DNA from: Candidatus Babeliales bacterium
GTDB lineage: Bacteria > Babelota > Babeliae > Babelales > JACPOV01
Direction of reading: 5' to 3'
Assembly (NCBI GenBank): GCA_050250855.1
Contig: JBFWNW010000004.1
Span: 64,001-128,000, forward strand
Length of the DNA: 64,000 nucleotides
In this document: piece after piece, positions 31,340 through 42,850 of the stretch
Layout of the letters: each line of letters starts with the position of its first letter
Numbering within the stretch: position 1 is the first letter of the stretch
Program-made: the position numbers and the translations under genes
Notes under the pieces: generated by a model
What the model was told of the DNA's origin: nothing
What the model saw: only the letters and a program-made list of their open reading frames with translations
Databases searched by the model: none

Positions 31340-32802
31340 GAATTTTCTAAACTATCGTTGCTTGTTTTTATTGCCCCTAAAAAACTGTGTTCATTAACCT
31401 CTTTTTTTTCTGAGCGGTTATTTTTTTTTGCCGCTATTTTTTTAGCATACGCTTCTTTATTTATTTGTCGAGCGCGGCCAATGGCAAGTGCTTGAGCGGG
31501 AACGTCTTGGGTAATTGTTGATCCTGCAGCAGTATACGAATCTTTTTTTATGGTTAAGGGTGCTACTAAGGTGTTATTGCTTCCTATAAAAACATTTTCT
31601 TCAATAATGGTTTTATGCTTTTGAAGGCCATCATAATTACACGTTATCGTGCCAGCACCAATATTGCTTTTGCTGCCTACGTGAGCATCACCCAAATATG
31701 CTAAATGTTTTGCTTTTGCGCCAGCTTGTAGTGTTGTGCGTGTTGTTTCAACAAAATTACCAATAACAGCTCCCTGCTTGAGAACTGATTGATTGCGTAT
31801 GTGAGCAAATGGTCCAACCGCGCATTGAGGTTCAATAAGTGCATCGCTTATAACCGAATGAGAATAAATGGTTGTATTGTCACCAATGTGGCTATTTTTG
31901 ATAATGCAAAAAGGTTCTATGGTTACATTGTAGCCAATTTTTGTACCATTAAAAAGATGAACGCCAGCGCCTATTTTTGTTCCTGCTTCTATGGTAATAT
32001 CAACATCAAGATGGACCGATTGTGCAACGTCAAAGCGCACGCCACGTTGCATCCAATAAGAGATGAGTTCTGAACGTTTGATATGCTCGGCCATCCACAA
32101 TTCTTTGAGCGTATTAATGCCGCGTACATTATCAAAAGGAACGCTGACAGTTTCTATAGTTTGTTGTTGATCATTGGCAATATTAATAAGATCAGTAATG
32201 TAAAATTCTTGAGCATTATTATTATTTTCAAGAAGATCTAATGCTTGATTAAGGAACTTTGTATTAAAAATATACATGCCGGCATTAATGCAGCATGAAT
32301 CTTGATGTTCTTGTGTGATATCTTTTGCTTCTATAATTTTTACTGTTTTTCCTTCTTGAATAACACGACCATAATGTGTTGCCGCTGCTTCTGGTAGATG
32401 CGCTGTTACAAATGTTACGGCCGCATCTGAAGCATAATGCTTTTCCAAAAGATTTTTAATATTATCTTCAGAAACCAAGGGCATGTCGCCATTCATGACG
32501 AGAATATGGTCATGATTCCATGTAGCTTGAGATTGGGCTAATGCATGGCCAGTGCCATATTGTTCTTTTTGCTCAACAAAAGAGACAGGCGTGTGAATAT
32601 GCTCTTCGACGCACTTTGTTATTTCTTCTGCTTGATGACCAATAACAAGTGAAACTGGCATATTAAGCTTTTTGAGTAATTTTGTCGGGTAGAGGATCAT
32701 CTCTTGCCCGCATAATTTTTCTAATAATTTAGAAGTGCCAGTATTGAATCGTTTAGATTTACCAGCGGCAAGAATTATAGCTTGTACAGAATATTTTGAC
32801 AT
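31336..32802 (-). CDS. glmU: Bifunctional GlcN-1-P acetyltransferase / GlcNAc-1-P uridyltransferase
   Basis: ILAAGKSKR, EQYGTGHA, GDMP, EFYITD, GPFAHIR, HLAYLGD, ITCNYDG; ATG at 32802 after GAGGAG. Confidence 0.97.
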   Translation of the reverse strand: MSKYSVQAIILAAGKSKRFNTGTSKLLEKLCGQEMILYPTKLLKKLNMPVSLVIGHQAEEITKCVEEHIHTPVSFVEQKEQYGTGHALAQSQATWNHDHILVMNGDMPLVSEDNIKNLLEKHYASDAAVTFVTAHLPEAAATHYGRVIQEGKTVKIIEAKDITQEHQDSCCINAGMYIFNTKFLNQALDLLENNNNAQEFYITDLINIANDQQQTIETVSVPFDNVRGINTLKELWMAEHIKRSELISYWMQRGVRFDVAQSVHLDVDITIEAGTKIGAGVHLFNGTKIGYNVTIEPFCIIKNSHIGDNTTIYSHSVISDALIEPQCAVGPFAHIRNQSVLKQGAVIGNFVETTRTTLQAGAKAKHLAYLGDAHVGSKSNIGAGTITCNYDGLQKHKTIIEENVFIGSNNTLVAPLTIKKDSYTAAGSTITQDVPAQALAIGRARQINKEAYAKKIAAKKNNRSEKKEVNEHSFLGAIKTSNDSLENS

Positions 32803-32941
32803 TCTCATCTCCTCTGTGATTGCTGCCAAAAATAAATTTTTTTTCCAAAGGTGTTAAGAAAGCTTAGTTCTTCTTGTATATTTTTGTCAATGTCCTTTAC
32901 AAAAAGAAAAACATGCTATTTATATACTGAGTTTTAAAGTT

Positions 32942-33028
32942 CGTTCGCACCCTTCGACGAGCTCAGGGCGAACGGGATGAAAAATACTTAGAGCCGTTCG
33001 TGCTGAGCTTGTCGAAGCATTCGAACGG
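32942..33028. repeat. REP-like inverted doublet, type A
   Basis: cgttcgcacccttcgacgagctcagggcgaacgg ... ccgttcgtgctgagcttgtcgaagcattcgaacgg. Confidence 0.92.
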
Positions 33029-33056
33029 TAGGTAATAATTACTTGATTAATGAATA

Positions 33057-33653
33057 TTATTTATTTTCCTCTAAAAAATCTTCAAGTGGTTTTCGGTACA
33101 GCTCGGTTAAACAATATGATTGGTCACGGTATTCCAAAATTCCTTGTTGCATAAGTTTCTTTTGTTCATATGCACCAGAACTAAGCTCACTTCCTAATGC
33201 TCTTTTTACTTGTTGTTTTAAAATTTCTTGAAAAGAAGGGAAAGAGTCTTTTGATTGTTGTATCGTTAATATAAAAGCAATAATGCCTATATCGAGTATT
33301 AGCGTATCGCCATCCTTTTTAGTTTTTATTGTTTCAAGATCAAGGCTTTCTGGAAAATCTACTTTATAATCTTTAAATGCTCTTGAATGAGCAAAATCCC
33401 GTGTATCTTGATTCCAAGCGAGAACAGGAAATAAAACTGTTTCAGGATCTATTTTTTTACCAAAGGCTTTTTCAAGTTGATCTTTTGGCAAAAAATTTAC
33501 GCTAGATTCTTCGGGAAAACCTGCAATTTGAGGATAATTACCAGTTTTTAATTGTATGAATCCTGTAACGGCTATTTGTTGCTGTGAAAATATCCCTCCC
33601 GTTTGTGTACAAACTGATGTTGTTAATGCGATAAACAACGCTATTTTTTTCAT
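33057..33653 (-). CDS. Secreted paralog, family C
   Basis: MKKIALFIALTTS; LFPVLAWN, FPESL, DGDTL, LMQQGILE, RKPLEDFL. Confidence 0.8.
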   Translation of the reverse strand: MKKIALFIALTTSVCTQTGGIFSQQQIAVTGFIQLKTGNYPQIAGFPEESSVNFLPKDQLEKAFGKKIDPETVLFPVLAWNQDTRDFAHSRAFKDYKVDFPESLDLETIKTKKDGDTLILDIGIIAFILTIQQSKDSFPSFQEILKQQVKRALGSELSSGAYEQKKLMQQGILEYRDQSYCLTELYRKPLEDFLEENK

Positions 33654-33665
33654 AAAGTTCCTATA

Positions 33666-34283
33666 TTATTTATTTTCCTTTAAAAAATCTTCCAGTGGTT
33701 TTCTGTGCTTTTCTGTTAAAAGGTATGAATGTAGAATACCTTTTTCCAAGATTCCTTCTTCAATGAGTTTTTCTCTTTCATTTGCGCCATAATTAAGCTG
33801 GAACCCTAAAGCTCTGTTTACTTGTTGTTTTAAAACTTCTTGAAACGAGTCTTGAAAAAATTCTGATGGTTGCTGTACCGTTAAAATAAAAGTTACAAAG
33901 CCTATTTTAAGTGTTAATTCATCATTATCGTTTTTAGTTTTTATTGTTTCAAAATCAAGACTTGGTGGAAATATTATTCCTTCATTTGTTAATTTATTTA
34001 AATGAGCAAAATCTTGTTTGTTGTCACTATTCCAAGCACGAACAGGAAATAAGATTGTTTGAGGAGTTATTTCTTTGCCAAGAGCTTTTTCAAGTTGAGT
34101 TTTTGTTGAGTATTCAGGAAGGGGACTTTTTTCAGGAAATCCTGCAATTTCTGGACAGATATCAGGATTTAATCTTATGAATCCTGTAATGCTTTTTGGT
34201 TCAGGTTCTGGTTGTGACCAGAAGCCTCCCGTTTGTGTACATGCTGATGTTGTTAATGCAATGAGCAAAGCTATTTTTTTCAT
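33666..34283 (-). CDS. Secreted paralog, family C
   Basis: MKKIALLIALTTS; LFPVRAWN, FPPSL, DNDEL, LIEEGILE, RKPLEDFL. Confidence 0.8.
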   Translation of the reverse strand: MKKIALLIALTTSACTQTGGFWSQPEPEPKSITGFIRLNPDICPEIAGFPEKSPLPEYSTKTQLEKALGKEITPQTILFPVRAWNSDNKQDFAHLNKLTNEGIIFPPSLDFETIKTKNDNDELTLKIGFVTFILTVQQPSEFFQDSFQEVLKQQVNRALGFQLNYGANEREKLIEEGILEKGILHSYLLTEKHRKPLEDFLKENK

Positions 34284-34293
34284 TAATTTTCCT

Positions 34294-34929
34294 TTAGTTT
34301 TCTTTTGTTAAATATGGTTTATATTTTTGCTTTGTTGTAGCGGTGCATTTATATTTTTTTTCAAGAGCAAGATCTCCTTGCCCTTTAGGGAATAATGCAG
34401 GAACAAATTCTGGTTCTATGATGCCTTGTTGTTCTAAAAAGTTTTCATCAGTGGGATCATAATCAAGTTTATTTTGCTTAAGTACCACGTTGAGTAGTTC
34501 ATCTCTTACGTCCTGAAATTTTCTCTGAGTTTCATATTGTTTTCCCTTTTGTTTGAGAGTCAAACAACATTTAAAACCAGTTAGTTTAAGACAAATTTGA
34601 TCGCCTTCATCTAGATCTTTGAGTATAGAGAAAGGAAGATATTCGGGAAAAATAGCATGTGGTGGTGTGCGATCTTTTTGCCAATTGTTGCATTCATCAC
34701 TTGTTGCCCATACTTCAAAGCACAGTTCATCTGGCTTTAAGTAATTAATCCCTGAATCTTGCAACGTTTTGCCACAAAAACTGTTGCCGCTGCCATAGAA
34801 CATTGGTCTTAAGGGATATAAAAAAAGCTCGCCTTCATGGACGACATCTTGTTTTGTATTTGGTTGTTTCTTTTCTTCAGCAGCATGTGCGAGCGTCATT
34901 GCGCAGAGAATCAAAACTATTTTTTTCAT
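34294..34929 (-). CDS. Secreted paralog, family C (diverged)
   Basis: Signal peptide; PMFYGSG, PDELCFEV, FPEYLP, DEGDQI, LEQQGIIE. Confidence 0.78.
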   Translation of the reverse strand: MKKIVLILCAMTLAHAAEEKKQPNTKQDVVHEGELFLYPLRPMFYGSGNSFCGKTLQDSGINYLKPDELCFEVWATSDECNNWQKDRTPPHAIFPEYLPFSILKDLDEGDQICLKLTGFKCCLTLKQKGKQYETQRKFQDVRDELLNVVLKQNKLDYDPTDENFLEQQGIIEPEFVPALFPKGQGDLALEKKYKCTATTKQKYKPYLTKEN

Positions 34930-34939
34930 AGAAACTCCT

Positions 34940-35572
34940 TTAGTTTTTTTTTGTTAGAGATGGTAATCCTTGTGTAATATACTTTAAATAAGAAACTTTT
35001 TGATGAGTGGAAAGAACATATCCTGCTATCATTTGATTGGTGAATGTATAAAAAGATGGATGGGGAACCATGCCATTTTCTATAATTTTTTGTTCAAGTA
35101 ACATTGTTTTGTCATGCGTATCAAAATCTGGCCCTTTTACAAATGTTTCCAAAAGAAGATGGTTTAGCTGTTCTTTAAAATTTTTATCCCCGAGAAAAAT
35201 AGATTTTTTTTGATCTATTGTTAAGGTACAGCTCCAGGAATCTGATGAAAAAGAAAGAGTAGCTTCATCGTGAAGACCTTGGATGAAAGCAAAGGGGACG
35301 TATCTTTCCAGGTTATTTTTTATGCAAGAGCCAAGCGGTAAAGCATCCGTTATTTTTATTGTTACAGGAAATAAAAGCGTATCTGGCTTAAGGTCAGTGA
35401 ATTTTATAATTTTTAAAATATCACTATTTTTACCGCTACCATAGAGCTTTGGTTTTTTATTAAGAAAACTATCCAGAAATAAAATTCCCTGTAAAATTAT
35501 TTTATTTTTTTCTTCAGCTGTTTGTAGAGGCCATATAAAAAAGAGGAATGCAAAATTTATTATTTTTTTCAT
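34940..35572 (-). CDS. Secreted paralog, family C (diverged)
   Basis: Signal peptide; PKLYGSG, PDTLLFPV, RYVP, LLEQKIIE. Confidence 0.75.
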   Translation of the reverse strand: MKKIINFAFLFFIWPLQTAEEKNKIILQGILFLDSFLNKKPKLYGSGKNSDILKIIKFTDLKPDTLLFPVTIKITDALPLGSCIKNNLERYVPFAFIQGLHDEATLSFSSDSWSCTLTIDQKKSIFLGDKNFKEQLNHLLLETFVKGPDFDTHDKTMLLEQKIIENGMVPHPSFYTFTNQMIAGYVLSTHQKVSYLKYITQGLPSLTKKN

Positions 35573-35828
35573 ACAAGCCTTTTTTTATCATATATCAAAA
35601 ACCAATCCTATAGTTTCTTGGTTACAAAAGCAACGTATTAGCAATTACTGAAATATTTGCAAAACTCTTTAAAAAATACAGGAATCAAGTATTATTATAA
35701 AACATTTAGACAGTGAAAGAAGCAAAAAATATTCAAAAATAGGTACATCAGTTATTCAGATACGTTTCTGTGAAAACATTTACCGGTAATGAAATAAACA
35801 ACTTTGTACAAGAAGATTGGAAATTCGT

Positions 35829-37076
35829 ATGGCAGCCATCAGACGCTCGATAGTTTTTTTATGGTTTTTGATAGGAACTATTTCTCAATTACAGGCCATG
35901 GTTTATGATGATCGCTATTTTCCGGAATATTCATGGGCTTCCTGGCGCACGTGCCAAAAACCGTCCCATTTTATTCCTGATATTTTTATTATGACTGCTC
36001 ACGATGCAGCACTTGATAATGATGATAGTATCGGAATTCCTGAAATTTTTGGTATTTACGATTTAAATAAGCTTGCTAATGCCATAACTATTTTAACCGG
36101 CAATAATCCTCTGGCTGGCGGACAGTTTGCAGGGCTTATTGGGAGAAATATTATCTATAACATGAAGGGCAAATTAGAAGCACAAGGTGCTGCGCTTGAA
36201 TATCATCAGCGCTTGACTGATAATGTTTCCTTTGGTTTTAACTTTTTTGCTATGCATGTTTTTTCACGCATCAATTTTGAACTTGCTGATGGTAATTTTC
36301 TTGGCTTAACGCCAGATCAAGTTCCTGCCTTAGATGCTCTGCGCCGTTCAATGCAACAATCTGTTGGCTTGCAAGCGCCTAAGTTTAGTAAAGGCGGTTT
36401 TTCTGACATAGATTTATATGTACGCTTTGGTAATTTGTGGGAATACAAACGTAAATTTAAACGCATAGATGCTGGTGTTCGTGCTGGCTTGCTTATTCCA
36501 ACGGGCTTAACGCGTGAAATTAATAATCCGGCATCAGTTCCTTTTGGTGGTAACGGCCATTGGGGTGTTTATGGCGCGCTTGATCTTGAAATCGAGGTAA
36601 AAGAAGATTGGAAAGCTGGTATCTATGCTCGTGGTAGCAAACGTTTTGAAAAAAAGAAATTCGATCGTTTACCGTTAGCAGATGAACAACCATTATTTGC
36701 TGCATTTGTTGGTAAAGCAAATATTGATCCAGGCTTAAACCTTGTTGTTGCGCCGTATGTGCGCGTCGAAGATATTAGTGATGGTCTTGGTATTCAGGCA
36801 AAATATACGTACGTGAACCATTTTGAAGATACTATTGCCGATGGAAGATTTGGTTTGAAAATTCCTTCTGTAGAATTAACAAAATACAATGAATATACGC
36901 AATGGAGTTCAGAATACTTGACTCTTAATCTTTTTTATGATTTTGCTAGAGTAAGAGTAAGTAAGTCTTTTGCGCCAATTCTTTCTTTTATGTGTGATTT
37001 TCCTATTCAGTTTTTTGGGGTAGAACGCGTAAGTAAGACTTTCCGCGTATCAATGGGAATAGTTTTTGGATTTTAA
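35829..37076 (+). CDS. Putative outer-membrane beta-barrel protein
   Basis: Signal peptide, amphipathic beta pattern, GLLIPTG, PFGGNGHWG, terminal Phe. Confidence 0.65.
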   Translation: MAAIRRSIVFLWFLIGTISQLQAMVYDDRYFPEYSWASWRTCQKPSHFIPDIFIMTAHDAALDNDDSIGIPEIFGIYDLNKLANAITILTGNNPLAGGQFAGLIGRNIIYNMKGKLEAQGAALEYHQRLTDNVSFGFNFFAMHVFSRINFELADGNFLGLTPDQVPALDALRRSMQQSVGLQAPKFSKGGFSDIDLYVRFGNLWEYKRKFKRIDAGVRAGLLIPTGLTREINNPASVPFGGNGHWGVYGALDLEIEVKEDWKAGIYARGSKRFEKKKFDRLPLADEQPLFAAFVGKANIDPGLNLVVAPYVRVEDISDGLGIQAKYTYVNHFEDTIADGRFGLKIPSVELTKYNEYTQWSSEYLTLNLFYDFARVRVSKSFAPILSFMCDFPIQFFGVERVSKTFRVSMGIVFGF

Positions 37077-37083
37077 TTCATAG

Positions 37084-38127
<1,044 letters not shown>

Positions 38128-38146
38128 GAGTAAAACGATATAGTTT

Positions 38147-38183
38147 AAAAAGAGGCTCTGAAATTTCAGGGCCTCTTTTTTTT
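38147..38183. terminator. Bidirectional intrinsic terminator
   Basis: AAAAAGAGGCTCTGAA-A-TTTCAGGGCCTCTTTTTTTT between convergent genes. Confidence 0.85.
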
Positions 38184-38191
38184 GTATCAAG

Positions 38192-38875
38192 TTATTGGAG
38201 TGAATTTTTATCAGCTTGAGAAAGTAATATTAATTGCACCTGCGGTTCATGAGGGGCTACTGGATTTTGCAGTTCTTTTTTAAAAAATCCCTTGGGGCCA
38301 TGCATAAAGCGGTTAACTTGTTCAATTTTTTTGATAATGCCAGCTTCTACTAGTTTTTCTTCGTCTGCTGGAAAATAGCTGGCAAAACTTTTTGCTTCTT
38401 CTTTAAGCAACTGGTGAAGGTTGCCAGAAAGTGTTTCTTCAGGGTTTTTGCTCAAAGCGGCTGTGTTAAGAATAAGCTGTATTGTTTGTTCTTTTTTATT
38501 TTTTATAAAAAGAGACTCTTTTTCATTAAGTTCTTTTAATTCTTGGTAAGGGACGTATGAAGGAATCTGTGCGTTTTCCCATATTTCTTGTTCATTATCA
38601 TATTCTTCTGTATCCTCTTGGCATGAATGTATAGGGAGCGAGATAAGTTTAAAAAGAAGTTCGTTTGCTTTAATGGTTCTGCCAAAATTATGTTTGAGCG
38701 TTTCGTTTATTTTAAAGGGGTCAAGAGTATCATACCCAGCATAGACTGGATGTTGTTTCATAATCGTGAACAGTCCAACTAAATCAGGAAATGGCATTTC
38801 TTGTTTAGTCGATTTTTCAGCGCTTTGTGTCAATAAAGAAGTGCAGAAAAGGGTTATTAAACAAAGTTGTTTCAT
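38192..38875 (-). CDS. Secreted paralog, family C (dispersed copy)
   Basis: Signal peptide; PVYAGY, FGRTIKANELLFKL, IPSYVP, NEKESL, LVEAGIIK. Confidence 0.75.
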   Translation of the reverse strand: MKQLCLITLFCTSLLTQSAEKSTKQEMPFPDLVGLFTIMKQHPVYAGYDTLDPFKINETLKHNFGRTIKANELLFKLISLPIHSCQEDTEEYDNEQEIWENAQIPSYVPYQELKELNEKESLFIKNKKEQTIQLILNTAALSKNPEETLSGNLHQLLKEEAKSFASYFPADEEKLVEAGIIKKIEQVNRFMHGPKGFFKKELQNPVAPHEPQVQLILLSQADKNSLQ

Positions 38876-39027
38876 AGAAGCTCCTTAGATTAAAGGGGTT
38901 ATAGTTGGGGGGTACTGTATAGGAAATTATACTATTTTTCTAGTATTTTAAGTTCTAACTTTTTTCTATATCCATGGTATACTTAAAGAAAATAAGCTTG
39001 TAGACCCATTTTTGAATGTAGATTGCT

Positions 39028-39807
39028 ATGATAAAAACAGTTAAAGGAATAGAGGTTAAGAAAAGATATGGTCAGCATTTTTTGCGTAACCATACTGTTA
39101 TTGACCATATGATTGATGCGGTATCTGTTACTGGTGTTTCTGTAATGGAAATTGGCTGCGGGGAAGGTGTACTGACCCGGGCAATTTTACAAACTAAAGT
39201 GGCCCGCTTATGGGTTTTTGAAATTGATCCAGAATGGGCTAGTTATGTAAAAAATTCAATTCAGGACGAACGCCTTGCCGTGCATGAGGAAAATATTCTT
39301 GATATTGATCCTTCTATGCTCGAACCGTATAAGCCTTGGACGTTATTGGCGAACTTGCCTTATCAGATTACGTTTCCTATTTTGCATCTGGTGCAAAGAA
39401 ATCGTCATCTTTTTTCTGAAGGTGTTGTTATGGTGCAGGAAGAAGTTGCTCAAAAAATCACCAAAACAAAGGGGAAGGGATACGGTTATTCTTCACTCTT
39501 TTTCCAGTATTACTTTGAGTGGAAGCAGATGGATAAAATTGCACCGTCTTCATTTTTCCCGCCACCTAAAGTTTATTCACGTCTTTTATATTTTAAGGTA
39601 AAACAGAATGTTCCTGCTATTGCGCACGAAGAACAATTTTGGCAGTTTATTAAACTTTGTTTTAGACAGCCTCGTCGTACCTTAAAAAATAATTTGGCTC
39701 AAACTCACTATGATAGTGCAAAAATTCCTGAAGAGTATTTTGATTTACGAGCACAGCAAATTTCTATGGAACAATTTTTAGCATTGTGGGCACTCTTGAA
39801 CAGGTAA
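39028..39807 (+). CDS. rsmA: 16S rRNA adenine dimethyltransferase
   Basis: KKRYGQHFL, EIGCGEGVLT, EID, ANLPYQI, MVQEEVA, FFPPPKV. Confidence 0.96.
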   Translation: MIKTVKGIEVKKRYGQHFLRNHTVIDHMIDAVSVTGVSVMEIGCGEGVLTRAILQTKVARLWVFEIDPEWASYVKNSIQDERLAVHEENILDIDPSMLEPYKPWTLLANLPYQITFPILHLVQRNRHLFSEGVVMVQEEVAQKITKTKGKGYGYSSLFFQYYFEWKQMDKIAPSSFFPPPKVYSRLLYFKVKQNVPAIAHEEQFWQFIKLCFRQPRRTLKNNLAQTHYDSAKIPEEYFDLRAQQISMEQFLALWALLNR

Positions 39808-41118
39808 ACAGCCCTTTGTTTTTTTGCAACTAGCTCTGCGTTCCTTCCACGTGCCAAACTGTTCTTTATTTGCTTGCCTGATAGATTTTTTTACTTTTTT
39901 TTCATACTTCAATCTATTGAAACTTTCGTCTGGCCTGAACTGTTCAGCATGCGTTTTAAGGTGACACATTGTTTTTTTATCAACAAATGGTGTTATTTTT
40001 TCATACTTTTTATCAAAATCATAAAAGAGCATAGCTTCATAATCTGGATGCAGTTCTACCATTAAATTTTTAGCATCAGGCATGGTTTCTTGCAGTTTAC
40101 TAATAATAACAGGAATAAATACGCCGACAGGTAATGGATAAAGCGGAAAGGTATCGCGATAACTTGCTGGTGACCAGCCAAATGACCATAACTCGGTATG
40201 GCCAGGGTCTGAATTTCTTTGTGTTGAGCGACGATGAATGAGTTCTTCAAGAGAATATGAAGAAGGGTTTTTTCTTCCTTTTGTTGCTCGTTTAATTTTG
40301 ATATTGATTTGAACAATTTTTTCAGGAACAGAAAAATCACTACGATCATGAAACTTACGGTTAGAAAAAACACGATCAAGAGAAAAGAAATCCAGGCGTT
40401 GCACGCGATCACCATATGAATAAAAATGATACACTTTTTTAAAGAGCGAGCTATTAAGAAGATAATCAGTTTCTGGTAAAATTGGTGCGCCCATTAAAAT
40501 AAGTTCATCAACAATTATTTTTTTTGTTTTATCGTATCCTTCTTTTTTATATACTTCAGCAAGCTTGAGTGCAACATTGGCACCATGGCTGTAACCGATA
40601 ATGTGGATTTTAACGTTGTAATGATCATTATTAAAAAAATGTTCAAATTCTTTAAGCATTTGGTCGTAGAAAATTTTTGCCTCAAGGTAACGTATACGTG
40701 GACTTAAAAGGCCAGACCATCCAAAGGTGTAATAGTGGTGTTCTATTGATTTATTTGGATGTGGTGCGAGCATATCCAAAAGTTGAGCATATGCTGTTGC
40801 TGCTGCTCCTGGTCTATTATTACCGCGATCAATTTTTCTTAAACCAAGTTCTTGCATAGGGTGATGTTGATAAAAATAAGGATCTCGGCGTGTTTGCTCA
40901 ATACTGCGAGAATAGGTGGTATTGGCAATTTTATCTTGCATAAATTTTATAATATTAGAAAAATTAATGTAGGGTGCAACGCTAATGATGCCGTGTACTA
41001 AAATAGTTATACTTATATCTTTTTTGTGATTTTCTTCATATTCCTCTACATCAAAACTAACTAGTGAAGAAGTAAAAAGAAGGGCAACGGTTAAATTTTT
41101 TGACAAGATCCATTTCAT
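39778..41118 (-). CDS. Secreted alpha/beta-hydrolase-fold protein
   Basis: Signal peptide; ILVHG, FGWSG, GYSHG nucleophile elbow, YSYGD, PGH. Confidence 0.7.
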   Translation of the reverse strand: MKWILSKNLTVALLFTSSLVSFDVEEYEENHKKDISITILVHGIISVAPYINFSNIIKFMQDKIANTTYSRSIEQTRRDPYFYQHHPMQELGLRKIDRGNNRPGAAATAYAQLLDMLAPHPNKSIEHHYYTFGWSGLLSPRIRYLEAKIFYDQMLKEFEHFFNNDHYNVKIHIIGYSHGANVALKLAEVYKKEGYDKTKKIIVDELILMGAPILPETDYLLNSSLFKKVYHFYSYGDRVQRLDFFSLDRVFSNRKFHDRSDFSVPEKIVQINIKIKRATKGRKNPSSYSLEELIHRRSTQRNSDPGHTELWSFGWSPASYRDTFPLYPLPVGVFIPVIISKLQETMPDAKNLMVELHPDYEAMLFYDFDKKYEKITPFVDKKTMCHLKTHAEQFRPDESFNRLKYEKKVKKSIRQANKEQFGTWKERRASCKKTKGCLPVQECPQC

Positions 41119-41268
41119 GATTAATCCTACTTAAAAAATGAATATACTTTGTAGTTTTGTAGTATAGTATAAAGATATGGTGATGCTTCCTCTATCTTTG
41201 TTACTTTAAAACTTTTTTTAAAAAATTAAAATGGTTAATTAGAGATAGTAAAAAAATATGGAAAGTAG

Positions 41269-42081
41269 ATGATGAAAAAAAATAAACAAATTTTGTGTAT
41301 TCTTGCCCTGTGTTCATATCTTTTTGCACAAGATCACCGCACCGAAAAATTTCTTAAAGGTCCGCAGATTACGTTTGAAAAAGATGTAACGCAGTTTGAT
41401 CAACAAATTAATGTTTTGTACGGAAAAAAAATTACTCTTATTCCTACTCTGAGCATTGTGAATCATGGCTTTACGGATAGATTAGGTATTCGCGCTATGA
41501 TTACTTCTGTAGTTGCCATGAGAGAGTTCCATCGCAGAGAAAAAGCATTTGGTGACATGTTTCTTTTTTTAGGATGGCATCCTATTAAAGGAAAAACTAT
41601 GCTCATGACCTTGCTTGCCGGTCTTAAAATACCGACATCAAGCAAGCCGCTTGTATTTTTATATGCAACACAATCGTTAGATTTTCCGTTTGAATTTCAA
41701 TGCGTGCATATGGGCAAAAAATGGTATGCAGAAGAAAGTGTATTTATAAATATTACGGGCGTTCCGCGCAAGCATATTAAATTTGGTAATTTTTACAATT
41801 GGGCTTTGGCATTTGGGCCTCATTATAAGCTTGAAAAAACTCAATCAAATTTATTTATATTAGGACGTTTGACGGGTGATCATATTAGAAAGGCTAAGAT
41901 TAATGGAGTTACTAATGATGACTCTGGTGGCACCATAGTATTATTGGGGCCTGAAATAGCGTGGTCTACTGATCGTGTTGTATTGCGTTCTATTATACAA
42001 GCGCCAATTGCCAATAGGCCATTTGGTATTCAGGATAATGCAGATTTTCGTTTATTCTTTTCAGCACGATTTATTTTTTAG
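41269..42081 (+). CDS. Putative outer-membrane beta-barrel protein (MetA-pathway/CopB-like)
   Basis: Signal peptide; FGD, GLKIPTS, DSGG..V.LGP, terminal ARFIF. Confidence 0.65.
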   Translation: MMKKNKQILCILALCSYLFAQDHRTEKFLKGPQITFEKDVTQFDQQINVLYGKKITLIPTLSIVNHGFTDRLGIRAMITSVVAMREFHRREKAFGDMFLFLGWHPIKGKTMLMTLLAGLKIPTSSKPLVFLYATQSLDFPFEFQCVHMGKKWYAEESVFINITGVPRKHIKFGNFYNWALAFGPHYKLEKTQSNLFILGRLTGDHIRKAKINGVTNDDSGGTIVLLGPEIAWSTDRVVLRSIIQAPIANRPFGIQDNADFRLFFSARFIF

Positions 42082-42103
42082 ACCTGAATTGGATACTTAA
42101 ATA

Positions 42104-42244
42104 TCCCGTTCGTGGTGAGGAGCAAACTTATTTTAGTTTGCGTCTCGAACCATTTGAACGTCATAAAAAGATCTATGAAGATTTTAATTTTGAGTTCATG
42201 GTTCGAGACATTTTTCTTCGAAAAACCCTCACCACGAACGGAAT
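42104..42244. repeat. REP-like inverted doublet, type B
   Basis: Same arms as 25778-25912. Confidence 0.92.
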
Positions 42245-42281
42245 ATAGAAATTTTAAGAATGCTATTTCGAATTATGCGTT

Positions 42282-42710
42282 TTAAGCTGTTTGCATGTGC
42301 TTTTTCAAAACCAAAATATAAAGGCGTAAGATATTATTTACTTTGCTACAAAGTTCAAATGAACCATCAGTTTTTGTCGTTATTTCAGCTGCATATATCA
42401 TTGTTTGCAATTCAAGTTCATGCCACAAAATATCATCATGCGGTTGCGCACAAACAGCTTTATAGATCGGTAATTGTGGTAGGACTTTTTCAATGAACGT
42501 GGTACAAATATTCCAGCAGTGAGGCTCATAATCAGAAGAAAGAACGAGTTCAGCAGCTTTAGTTGTCCACATACAAGTTTTGGCATCATAAGAGGCCATT
42601 TTTTTTGCATAGGTAAGAATGTCTTTTTGTGCTTCTTTCCAGGCAGGAATAGAGGCTGTTAGAGTAGTTAGAGTTGTACTCAAACCAAGGATAAGTGCTA
42701 GTTTTTTCAT
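42282..42710 (-). CDS. Hypothetical secreted protein
   Basis: MKKLALILGL signal peptide, AAGGA RBS. Confidence 0.7.
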   Translation of the reverse strand: MKKLALILGLSTTLTTLTASIPAWKEAQKDILTYAKKMASYDAKTCMWTTKAAELVLSSDYEPHCWNICTTFIEKVLPQLPIYKAVCAQPHDDILWHELELQTMIYAAEITTKTDGSFELCSKVNNILRLYILVLKKHMQTA

Positions 42711-42850
42711 AATAATCCTTCCATATTTTCTTACAGTATAGACTGGTACGCTTTTTTTTGCAAAAGCCCCCCGGTAACCCTTGAGATTCTTGAGATATGA
42801 AAATGGTTTGTGCGAAAATCAAGCTGAGGATTTATCCATTTAATGTATTG

